A DNA stretch of 56,075 bases, filler included, from Dirinaria sp. TL-2023a (lineage: Eukaryota), in NCBI GenBank assembly GCA_051941275.1. It is 5 parts of 5 records of this genome, joined end to end, with 100 filler letters (N's around TTAATTAATTAA, not from the genome) between each part and the next. Parts side by side here need not be neighbours in the genome. Positions count along the whole stretch, not along the records: positions 33,732 to 44,854 come from JAVEBF010000873.1; positions 44,955 to 56,075 come from JAVEBF010000874.1; 3 more parts are not named here. One strand, given 5' to 3'. The first letter of the stretch is position 1. Every line of letters begins with the position of its first letter. The notes below the pieces were generated by a model. It did no database searches. It saw nothing but the letters and a program-made list of their open reading frames with translations, and was not told the DNA's origin. This document shows, piece by piece, positions 40,681 through 51,800 of the stretch. A program made the position numbers and the translations under genes.

Positions 40681-40989
40681 ATGCCTTTCACAGCCAGGTA
40701 AGCTCAGTAGTATGCGCACTTACCTCGCAACCACTGACCATGATGATCGTTTAGTGATATCTGCAAGATCATTCTTGCCATCATCCTCCCACCCCTCGGC
40801 GTGTTTCTGGAGCGTGGTTGCAATGCCGACTTCCTTATCAACGTGCTCTTGACCATCCTTGGCTACATTCCGGGTATCATCCATGCTCTGTAAGTTCGCG
40901 ACTGGCGGCGCGAAGCTGATGATCGTCGCCGTAGCCCAGCGCTTGAATAGCTACTGATTACTATTAGGTACATCATCTTGAAATACTGA
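40681..40989 (+). CDS. pmp3: Pmp3/UPF0057 plasma-membrane proteolipid; 3 exons
   Basis: MPFTAS/DICKIILAIILPPLGVFLERGCNADFLINVLLTILGYIPGIIHAL/YIILKY*. Confidence 0.95.
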
Positions 40990-42579
40990 GCGCCGATTCC
41001 GGCACCATCGCTCACGCTGTTGTTCCCACGGAGTTGTTCAGGCAGCATTACTTTCTCATCGATACCCCCCTCCTGCCACCTCGCGGAAGTTAAGATCCTA
41101 CGAGTCGAGCATGGCGATAGTTCTGGTAGACTCGGCATTCGGAGATTGGCGGACCTTATTGAATATGCATACGAAGAGCTTGCAATACACGTTGTTAGGG
41201 CGCGTGCGGTTGTGGTAATGTGGATGTTCTAGCATTGGCTCAAACGTCTCCCTACTTCATAGTAATCAAGCTTTGTTTACTGTGCTTGGTGCAATTTCAT
41301 TGATGCTCATTTTCCCTGATCACGAACCGGCTAAGCCGGGGTTGCCAATACCCAAGCGCTAGCCATTTATCAATCTTGCGATACCGGCGCTTAGGTAGGT
41401 ACTGATGAAATGCACCTCGTCATCATTTCATTTCCACCACTTTCTTTTGAGTGATTCGACTATGGTCATAACTATCACACCTTGGGACATCGAGTACAAT
41501 ATGCAGCTCATCGTGAAATCGGCGCTTTCTTGATATAGAATCGAGATCCAAGTGCTCTATGCTGACATGCGGCGGGCCCTACGATACTCTACCGTGCCTC
41601 TGCGCCTACCAGAGGTAAGCAGTGGAACGTGCACTGCAGGAAGCGAGAGTCATGTATTAGTAGCAGTGAAGAGGCTCAAGTTCCTAGAATAATCATCATA
41701 AACCTAAAGGTAATGTTAATGATAGTAGTACCAAGGTTGACCCCGCACTCGCCCGTTGAACTCCGGCTGCGGAGCTTTCCAATTGTAGATTATTTTAGGG
41801 GGGCTGTGGGAGGGGAAAGTCAAAAGGCTGAGGTGTGTGCAGTGGTGCACCAGTGCACTTAGTCTGAACGCACCAGCTGGTGATGGCTTGGCTCCTTGGC
41901 TGGGCGTTAAATTTAGAAAGCGAACAGGTGATGCCAAGAAACAGCCAAGGGAACCGCCAAGCACAGTCAGCGCCTCGCACTCAAGCCAAGAGCGCGTAAC
42001 GAGTAACGAGTAACAAACGGCCATCGAAACATCCTTCAGAGAACACGATGACCTTACGATTCTTCTTTTTCCAGCACAACAGAACACTACTCCTGTCCCT
42101 GCAGGCGCTTACCTTCTCACCTAAGTGATCTATGAATGGCTGCCTACCCTGCCACAACGATGTCATCCTTACAATGCGCAGGCGGCTCAAGCACAACTGT
42201 CCCTCCCAAGGCAGTTGAAGCAAATCCGTAATAGAGGCTCACTGGGCCCTTGACGTTTCATCTCTTTCTTCATTCCCACTTCTCTCTGTCATGATCTATG
42301 CTCAATAGACGGTTTCCCTTTTCCTTCTGTTTCTCAATTGTAATCCTGCATGTGGTCTCGATGTCTTGCTCGGGCTTTGGAGTTTTTGCAGGTTAGTACA
42401 TTCTGGGAAAAGAAGGCATCTATCTCAGCATAGCCATGATGCACCTTCAGCTTGGCCTTGCATAGGGTCGGTCTCGGAGTCATATCGCCAGACTACTTGA
42501 CCTCAAGGACTGCCCAAGGGATCGTCATGGTTGTTTACCAGAAACGGATTACTGACAATGCCAGCAGTTCTTTCACAGC

Positions 42580-44793
42580 ATGTCGAGTGCCCTTCTACTT
42601 TGGTCATTGATATCTTTCCTTTCTCCGCATCTAGTACTGGCTGGCCCACACTCTACGGCGTCTCTGTCTCCTTATCTCGCAAATGTCGTTCCTACCTGCG
42701 CTCACAGCTGCGTCGAATCCTTCATTGTCGAAAACTTTCATAGTACAGCCTGCCGTGATCAGGAAGATCTTACATGTCTGTGTACAAGCAAGAGCGCCGT
42801 GGGACTTACCCTTGGGGAAGGCGCTCTACAATGTACCGCGTCCCACTGTACCAACAACGTGCTGGAGCATACCGTCGATGTATATGAGATATGTGCGGAC
42901 GTTGAGAACGCGAGACCAATGACGCATGGCACCCTTACAGCGACAAAAGTCGATCAAACGACTATTGCTCACGTATCGCATACTCGAACAACTTTACCCC
43001 ACAGTCTTGGGCTGCATCGTCCTACACATACTGGTACTATATCTCCTAGCTCAGCAAATTCTTCACTTAGCCTGCCGACCGCTATCACTACCGCAACGAA
43101 ACCGAAAAGCTCAAAAAATCCTAAAAGCTTACCCAAAACGTCCGCCTCATCCACGAGCGCTTCTTTAACAGTATCGAAAGTAGCGCGTTCTTCTTCTAGT
43201 CTACCTTCCTCCACGACTCTCATCGCGTCTCCATCAACTTCTTCTGCGACTCCGAAACCACAGCCTGTCCTCACAAAACCTCAGATTGCAGGAGTCACCA
43301 TAGGTGGGGTAGCATCGGCAGCATTAGCGTTCGGCGTTTTATTCTGTTTGTTTTGCGTTCGACGGAAAGATAGGAAACGACGTAATAGTGGTTCTTCCTT
43401 TGGAGGCGACAAGGTATTACCGAGTCGCCCTAGCTCTCCTGGGTCCTCTGGCATGGCGTTCAGAGATTTAGAACATGGTGATCAGTCGGTGGCTTCCAGG
43501 GCAGCGCGGGAGCGCAGTGGCGCTAATCTCACGAACAGTGTGGCTCGGTGGAGCTTTTGGAGAAAGAGTACGAAGCCAGAGGAGATAGGCATTGCTCTAG
43601 GTCCTGAATCAGCGGCCGTACCTCCAGCAAGGGACGAGGGATTGCATGAGGAAGCTCCTGTCAGCGCTGCTAGTTATAGAACCACTTCTCAACTGCTGCC
43701 TGACAAGCCGAGATACTCCTTGTTTCCCCCGCCTTTGCGTGTTGTGAACCCGACTATAAGTCCGGTCAGTCCGCAGAGCCCCGACAGCGCCGAAACCCAC
43801 TTCACGGATGTTGCGGGCCAGAGGCCGTTGTCAAAACCAGCGCCTCGTGGCCGCAATGCCTACGACACGAGCCAGCCGTCACTGCAACAAGGGCCAAAAG
43901 CTGTTCGACCATCCAACTCAGATCCTTTTCTGGACTCTCACCCTGGCTCTCAAAGCTCGATACACTCGGAGTCCCGCCGCGACGTTGGTGCAACCCCTTT
44001 CATGCGGTCTTTACAGCCTATTCAAAGGCCGGTGCCTGCCCGCTCGCCACCTGGAGGGCAGCGACTTCAGCCAGCTACAGTTCGGTCGAGGCCTTCTTTG
44101 CAGATACCGAGTACATACGCAAACCGACCCACCTACGGGATTCCAGACGAGGAGAGTCATTTGCCTGACCAGAGCTGGGGCTCAGCTGCTAAAAGAAGAA
44201 ACTCATTCGCCCGGCCACAGACAAATTACTCGAATGCTTCAGACACCAGCTTCGAAGACGCTGGCGATGAAGACGGGTTGCCGCTCGTCCACCCTGTCCT
44301 TTCGCCGGTTGCAGAATCTCCCAAAGTCCGATCGCTACCTCGCGATCAGCGCGCTCCTACGATCCCCGATCCCCTTTACACCATACGCCGTCCTTCTCCT
44401 GAAAGCCCGACCCCTCGCCCGCCGATCAGAAACCCCCAGCGCGGCCGGGGCAGGAATGCCCCCAACCCCATCCCGCAGCCCGAAGTAGCCGAGCTCTACG
44501 GCAGCCCTGTATCACCGAAGGCTCAATGGGGAAGCGGCCATCCTCGATCCAAGGAATCCCTCAGGCGCGACAGCGACGGGACGACGCACAGCGCGAAATG
44601 GCAGATCTTGGTCAAGCCGGGGCTCGAGGGCGGCATCGAGGGTTCGCATTCGCCGCGAGAACAGCATCCGACGTCGTCGTCGCTGAGGTCCGGCAAGACG
44701 GGCGAGTCGAGGGTGAGCGATCAGAGCGAACGCTGGACCCCGGTCTTGACGCCCACGCGACGAGGGGACGATTTGAGACTTGATGTACGATAG
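42580..44793 (+). CDS. CFEM-domain single-pass membrane protein (signal peptide, 8-Cys CFEM, S/T-rich stalk, TM helix, Pro/Ser-rich cytoplasmic tail)
   Basis: VPTCAHSC...C.DQEDLTCLC...ALQCTASHC...YEIC; TM IAGVTIGGVASAALAFGVLFCLFCV followed by RRKDRKRR. Confidence 0.9.
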   Translation: MSSALLLWSLISFLSPHLVLAGPHSTASLSPYLANVVPTCAHSCVESFIVENFHSTACRDQEDLTCLCTSKSAVGLTLGEGALQCTASHCTNNVLEHTVDVYEICADVENARPMTHGTLTATKVDQTTIAHVSHTRTTLPHSLGLHRPTHTGTISPSSANSSLSLPTAITTATKPKSSKNPKSLPKTSASSTSASLTVSKVARSSSSLPSSTTLIASPSTSSATPKPQPVLTKPQIAGVTIGGVASAALAFGVLFCLFCVRRKDRKRRNSGSSFGGDKVLPSRPSSPGSSGMAFRDLEHGDQSVASRAARERSGANLTNSVARWSFWRKSTKPEEIGIALGPESAAVPPARDEGLHEEAPVSAASYRTTSQLLPDKPRYSLFPPPLRVVNPTISPVSPQSPDSAETHFTDVAGQRPLSKPAPRGRNAYDTSQPSLQQGPKAVRPSNSDPFLDSHPGSQSSIHSESRRDVGATPFMRSLQPIQRPVPARSPPGGQRLQPATVRSRPSLQIPSTYANRPTYGIPDEESHLPDQSWGSAAKRRNSFARPQTNYSNASDTSFEDAGDEDGLPLVHPVLSPVAESPKVRSLPRDQRAPTIPDPLYTIRRPSPESPTPRPPIRNPQRGRGRNAPNPIPQPEVAELYGSPVSPKAQWGSGHPRSKESLRRDSDGTTHSAKWQILVKPGLEGGIEGSHSPREQHPTSSSLRSGKTGESRVSDQSERWTPVLTPTRRGDDLRLDVR

Positions 44794-44854
44794 TTGAAGA
44801 GAGAGAGATTATTTATGGGCTAATAATCATGCCGTTATGTGTATGTATATATAG

Positions 44855-44954
44855 NNNNNNNNNNNNNNNNNNNNNNNNNNNNNNNNNNNNNNNNNNNNTT
44901 AATTAATTAANNNNNNNNNNNNNNNNNNNNNNNNNNNNNNNNNNNNNNNNNNNN
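44855..44954. other. Artificial contig spacer
   Basis: N44-TTAATTAATTAA-N44. Confidence 0.98.
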
Positions 44955-47900
44955 ACTGTGAGCATATGACATCGGCTACTGGAAAAGGACTGGCTTTTTC
45001 AACATGTCCTCATCCTAGATCTGATGGATGTGATGGAAGGCTGGCGGAAGTAGCACAGGCCCGGTCAGGCGTTAGTTGGCTTATTATTCCGCTTGGCATA
45101 ATGTTTCTCCCTCCATAACGTTTATGGCTTTCAACGATTTGACGATTTGAAGGTGGGTTTAAAAAGCCCAATCCGTGTCCATCGCGAACAGTCAATTCAT
45201 ACCATTGACACACGAAGGAGTCACTGAGCTGCACAATGTCGCGCTTGACTGTCGTACTCTTAGACTTGATTTAAATAATGCATAATCCGTGGGTGGTGCG
45301 GGAGGAGGAAAAATAATTGAGATTGAGGTAGATGTTGCTATGAGAATTGTAGATCTGAGAGCGTTCGCATGACGATCGAGCGAGATGGAGTTTGGATAGA
45401 AGCTGTAGAACTGGGTCAAGTCTGCGACGGTAAACTATTAATTGATCCTGGAAGTATGTATCGCCTCTGGGGAATGTGTAGCTCCTAAGGGACAACCCAT
45501 GCAAAAATTCGTTTAATTAAAATCTCCGCAATTTCACGTTCAATTGACAGAAAGCTGTCGTGGCTGAAGGTCAATAGTGGGTTTCCCGTTTCGCTCAGTA
45601 GCCAGCCATGGGCAATGCGTGAGGAGGTGACAGCATATGTACCTTGAAAAATTTTTGAATGACCCATCCATTCAGTTACAACCACCGCTTTACGATGAAC
45701 CATAGTAGACATAAAAGGAAGAAGCGAGGATCTGACTGCGTTTCAGTGAATTATCGTGTGTCTATCTATCATCGCCCGTCGAAGGAGAGAACGTCCGCAC
45801 TCGCTACGGGCAAGCGACTTAGCTGAAACCCATGCACGACGAGGGTTGCGCCATCCTCGAAGGAGGTAAATTAAGGGCCTTGAAGTCACCCTGGTGGGCA
45901 ACGTTATTCGTAACCTTCGGATATGGTTTGCTTCTGGGTGTATCGTTCGATAAATATGGATGGCTGGCTGCATGAATGGCCAGGAAGCCGTTCTCAAGCT
46001 TCTCTTACAATCACTACCCTTTATCTTTCTGCTGTCGAGCGCGCTTGAAATCAACGGAGTGATCCAGTAGCTCACTGTCGATGTGCGCTGAATCAATCAA
46101 TCCCCCTTTCGATCCTGGCGATATGAGGTCTATACCCCCTCCGCGATCGATCTAAACGCTAATCAGCCGCGTCGTCCAGGAAACCAGCAATTTTCCTGAC
46201 CTTAATCCACTGTCGAGGGAAGGGTCTTCTCCACGGAGGGAGCACGACTGCGCTATCTCTCCTCATACGAATAGATCTATCGACCAACGGATACTGCGAC
46301 CGTCTACTATCGAGTCAGCGTCCTGCAGGGTTGCATAGCCCAAGGCCTAAGTCGTTCACTTACCGAAACAGTCCAGACTTGTAGGCACCTGACAGAAGAC
46401 CTATTACACATGCTGTACCCAAGTACACTTTATTGGCCCAGACAATACCGTCTCTCCTACATCTCTCGTAATCAGGCGAAGACATCACGGCAGTTTGAAG
46501 GCTATAGGCGAATGTCTTGGACATATAAAATGAAAAAAATCACTCGAACATTTTGGATGCTGTGAGTTGATTTGAAAGAGCCATAGAGGCATGGCTAATC
46601 GGCGGAGGTAGCTGTGGTATCACGCAAATGTTGAGAGTTCAACGACTTTGGATTGTACTGCCGTCCGTCCACCGATTCTCCGCGTCCGTGTTGGCACCCG
46701 ATGTAATGATGGCGCTTTATGAATCGCGCAGCACACATCAAAGGATAAGAGAGCTTTGACCTACCTTTTCGACATCTTCCAAAGTCTGGGATGCGGCCAA
46801 TTGCGTGTTCCTATGGACTGAAGGCTAGAGTTTCCTTAAGAGTCAGGCTTGCTCGCTTGGTCAACCGTAGAGGAGCCTCGGTCCGAGGTAAGCGGCAGCA
46901 TTATTAGCCCGGCTCCCGGGGAACCGGCGCGGCATTCTTGTCCTCCGACCACCAGCATCATCAAAGCTCCAACAGCATCAGGAAAATACTGTACAGCCAG
47001 GTGACAGCCCCGATTATTACATCCATGGGCCAGAAAGCATTGTCTCCTACAGTCCTACAGTAATATTAATTCTCAGGCACGCAAGATATTTCGACCTTCA
47101 TCCGGCGACTCTTTGGTGCTTCACCAAGGATGGACCTTGCCCCGCTAAACCTTCCACAGTCTTCTAGTTGTAGCGGCTATCGTCAGCGCCATCGAGAGCC
47201 AATGCCAGAAATTTGATCAATCACTGAAGCAGTGGCTGTCGCAGTGGCAGCTGTGCGAATCTGAATACGGAGCCTCTGGGAATTCATATCGTGGATGCGA
47301 GCGCTATACCTAGTAACTTAGCGTCATCGTTGCGGCCGAAAGAACGCGGGAATGAATTGACAGGTGGTTCCAGTGCTGGCGACGAGAAATATTGGTATAG
47401 TGCTCTCATGCTGAATTCCAACTTTTCTGGAATCTGTGATCCTGATTATCCATCTCTGGGATTACTAGGAAGACTTCAAGCTTACCCCCAGAAGGTCTCT
47501 TACGTACTGCGCCCAATAATTTGGGTCGCTTCACCACGGTTCGGTGCGCAAGTGCACACACTGCCGCCTGCCAATGCCCAATGTAGCCAAGGAAGCTTGT
47601 GTATATCTTGGTGTTCCTCGTACCTGGTACCTGGGAAAGTTTATCGCCTGAATCACCTGCTGAGCTGCGGGTGGAAGAGGGTCCTAGCTCTTCGTGTTCG
47701 GCTGCTACTACTATTCTGGAGATAAGTCCCGCCTAAGGTGTGTATGATTGGAACTACTGACTTGCAGCGGTAGTAAGGAAGAGAGGCTGGTTATAGACGA
47801 GCCGAGATTTGGTCCCGGCCTGTCGGACTTAGGGACTGTTGGTTTCCCCGGCGCTGATAACCGCTAGATAGCCGCTAGTGATTGTGGCTACGATGCTCAC

Positions 47901-48866
47901 CACTGACCATTCGATCGGAAGCTTCTTACCCCACGTTTGCCACGATACCACTCGCTAGCCGCATGGTTGACACGGCTTGCAATTTGTCTTTCTGTCTTAT
48001 ACCTGTGTAGCCCACGGGCCTCCTTAAACTATGCTTCTCTTCTTCGCCGTATACGAGTCCCAAGCTCCTTGCTGGCAGCCGCTTCATGCTATTTCAGCCT
48101 CGTGTTTGAAGCCGTGGCTGACATCGCCGACCTTTCGGCCTCCGAGGTGCTGCTCTAGCCTCAAGTCATGAAGTCACAGCTGTCACTCGTGTTGCTTCTT
48201 TCGCGTAAAGATGTATCAGTCTGCTTCTACTTTCTTGTTCCGCTCTGGCTTCAAACGAGTCGTGTCGTAAGGTTCAGCAACGCACTCTAATCCCTTGCAA
48301 CAGGGACTGAGGTTTGCTGAAGCTGTTCGTTCACTTAGTACTTGACCGTAAGACTAACACCAGTCAGGAGAAAGCATCTGCATTAGATCTTGAGCGCGCG
48401 GATGCCAGAAGACTAATGGAGAGTGGCGTAAATTCGTACCTCAGAAACTTGAGGCCATCCAACTATGAAGCTCTTCGTATTCGGATGCGAACATGTAGAT
48501 GCTATGCGGTAGGATGCTCGCGAATTTTCCATTCACAAGCGGTGGCTTGTGATTGTATTACACCTCAATGGTGCATATTGATGTCTTTCATTCTCCTCCA
48601 GCAAATACCTCCCTTGTTTGACATAGTGTCATCAACGAGCACTTTGATCGTCTCGTTTGGGAGCTCATACCATAGCCGCACCGCAGAACAAATTAGTTTG
48701 TGAAGGCCTTGCTATCCAGTCTCTACGAGTGTATATATATGTCGAGCAATCCCCAACTCTCCTAAATCATTCTGCCAAGTACGAAGTTCCATTTGCACAT
48801 TTACATCAATAGCTCAGCGGCGTTCCAATTGCAATTTTCCATAAAGTCGTTTCAGTGGCAGCAAAA

Positions 48867-51800
48867 ATGTCCTACAGCACTACTATCCGCGCTTTGGTTA
48901 CGGCCTTGAAGAAGATTCCTAGCTTCTCGTCGCCCGACTACATCAATCGATTGCATGACAAAGCTCGCCACAGTCCAAACATTGGCGTCTTCTTTAACTC
49001 TCTTGTATCGTTTCCGACATTTGGACCCGATGCTGATAGCCTGATCATCGACAATGTCGATGCATCAGCTTATTTGACCCTCCTAGCGGAAGCAACCGCT
49101 GCTCAGGCCCTCTCAGATTTGGATCCTTCGGTAGATGGTCACAACTTGAGGAGCTGTGCCAATCAGGTAGCGTCTCTGTCAAATTCGCATGCGAACAAAG
49201 AGGACTTACAACGTTACAGCCAAACGCTCAAATTTCAAATGGCACTCTTATCACGAATTTGACCTCACTATTCTATGGAGAATACATCAACACGTATCTA
49301 CGGTCAATTGGATCGCCAGATCTCCATACTCTCTCGACACAACCTGGCCTCGCAGATGCATTTTCCGCGCAGCTTCAGGTCCCTCAATTCGTTCAAGGCG
49401 AAGTATACACTGATATGGCGGCGGCCGGCGACCACAAGTTCAGCCTGTCCCTGCTCTTTGCCTGCGACTATCTCCATCATGGCCCAGGCCAGATTCCCAG
49501 TGTAGACGCAGACTATGCTTCTGCTCCTAGCTCCACCGTCGTCGACACGTGGACACAACAGCTGTCGCAGAACCCCAAAGTAACCATGCCAGACGTCGTC
49601 GCATTTGTTCGAAGGCGGCGTCTATCGTATGCGCAATTACAGACAGCGGGCATGTCAAGCCCATGCCCGTAAGTAGGATTGCGCGAAACGTATTTGGCAC
49701 CTCGATCTCCGCTAATCCCACTGCGATGGCGAAACAATTTGGATTACCTTCTGCTGCTTCGGCCAAGGATTTCTCCAGCTCCCTCCAATCTGCGTTGAAC
49801 GATCTCCAGTCGACAGACGTGGACCAGTGGAAGAGTATCGCCCAACAAAATCTGTTACTTTGGAACAATAATGCGACGAAATGGCAAAGTGCTGTCGGCT
49901 CAATGGTAGAACAGTCAACTTCCACAGTTAAAGATATCTCGAATCAGTTTGGTGAAGGTTTTGTCATCGGTCTGACCGCGGGTCTTGAGGATCATAAAAC
50001 GTTTCAGAGGACGACCATCAGTGGTCAAGCGGTTGCTGATTGGATCAACGAGGGTATACGCCGCGAAAGTAGTAAATTTCTGTTATCACGCTGACTATCA
50101 CACAGGTTACCAAAATTACGCTTCCCTTTTCAATGGTAACGCTCCGAGTGTGACGAGTGTCTCGACCTACAACACGGATGGCCCCGTGCACAGCTGCTTT
50201 GTAGCAGGTACACAAGTCACTCTTGCTGATCGGTCAATCGCCATTGAGGAATTGACGGAAGGTACACGCATCCTCACCCGGGCAGACTCTCATGAATTTG
50301 GGACTGTTTCCGACGAAGAGGTTGTGAATCAATTGAATTTGCCCGTGTTGGTTGGAATCAGTGTGTATACCCTCCTAAATTGTCAGGAAGCTGGGTTCTG
50401 ATCTAGCCGTTTTCTAGATGATGATGAGCCGTTCTTCACTCCTGGTCACGTTTTCCACACTACTACTGGTCTCCGAGCTGTCGAGCCCAGCATTGCCCGC
50501 CAAGAGAATTCTTGGCTCGATGTGGGCATTCTAGGAGAGGGCCATGTTGTATTGAAGCTTGGGCGCGACGGCACGTCTTACGATCATATCGAGATCAAGC
50601 GCATCCGTATCGTCAAATCCGACGTGAAGGAAGTTTTATGGGGTCCACTTACGTGAGGGACAACGCAGCTATCACGCCAACGGCTACCTTGTTGCAGTCA
50701 ATTATCCAGAGGTAAGCATGTTGAAAGCGTAGCCTCCAGCGCCTAACGTCGACTAGATAACTGTCAAATCGATTGCAAGAGCTATCGCAAAGGTGCCTCG
50801 AGCTCCGAGAATCCGCATGTTGCAAAATCTAAAGGAGTTGAAGCCTCTCTTTCAGAAATTCGGCGTGAACGCTATGTCAGATGCTCTCGAGCGGGAACTC
50901 AGCGGGAAACGAGCCCGCAAGAACTCAAAATCAATTAGACCCAAGAAAGATCGTCAAACTAACATTAGACATGCCAAACGGACCTTCAATCTCCTCCCAA
51001 GCGCGCAGAGTGCAACCCAACAGCAACAACACCTCCCACAGCTGAGTATCCATGAAGGCATTGTCCGATTAGATAATGACGTAGAGCCTCGTGCAGCTGT
51101 TGGCGCAGCCAGTCGTACAGTGCAATGGTCTCGCAAACTTCCCAAAAGGCAATACGAACACGGTTACGTTGAGCTCAGAGATCATGGCATGTCAGGTGCT
51201 GGAGCAATACTGATCAACCAGAATGCGGACCAGGCGACGATGCCAACCGACGATAATGCCCACATTATTCCATTCAACGCAGTAAAGGCCAACGTGACGT
51301 TGAGCGATAGTACAGTGCAGACGCCACTGCAACATACTCAGGTCACCAAGAAGGGTAGGTCAACATGTCCCCATCAGACACATCTATGCTTACTCTTACC
51401 TGGAAGTGAACGCTACTCCTTTACCAGGCCTACCAGTCTCTAAATTTACAAAGGTACCTGGTCTCCCGAATTTGCCCGGTTTACAACAAGTGCCAAGTGT
51501 CCTCCTTGCGTCTGTACCATCGTCATCGGCGCCAACCGCAACCGCGCCAAATTTGACCGCTTCTGCCACTCCGATACCCACAGTGCCTTCGGCATCACCA
51601 GTACCCAGTCTTATCGACGGCCAAGATTATTACAGTATGACGCTTGATAAAGCTGTGTGGGCGCCTGGTCAGACAATGACCTCACCATCGTCGTCTGTGC
51701 CATTCGGAATGGTCGCTTTCGCAACATACCACAGTGGCGGCGCAGGTGGTTACTCCATGGGTATTCTGACAGTGCCGATTCTGGACCAGCTCCTTGCAGC

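Noticed and set aside
44955..48800. Possible partner or immunity gene upstream of the Hint gene
   Set aside because: Only short ORFs without convincing coding or splice signals; none could be supported
49167..49262. Apparent frameshift between ORFs 48855..49262 and 49259..49672
   Set aside because: Explained by a 53-nt GT-AG intron (49167-49219) giving CANQ/PNAQISNGTLITNLTSLF
49600..49780. Second apparent frameshift in the Hint gene's N-terminal region
   Set aside because: Either of two GT-AG introns (49627-49676 or 49669-49778) restores the frame; the exact junction is unresolved
50195..50702. Classical mobile intein with homing endonuclease
   Set aside because: Only ~150 aa, no LAGLIDADG motifs, no HN|C/S/T end, contains a spliceosomal intron, and the host is not a recognisable conserved enzyme
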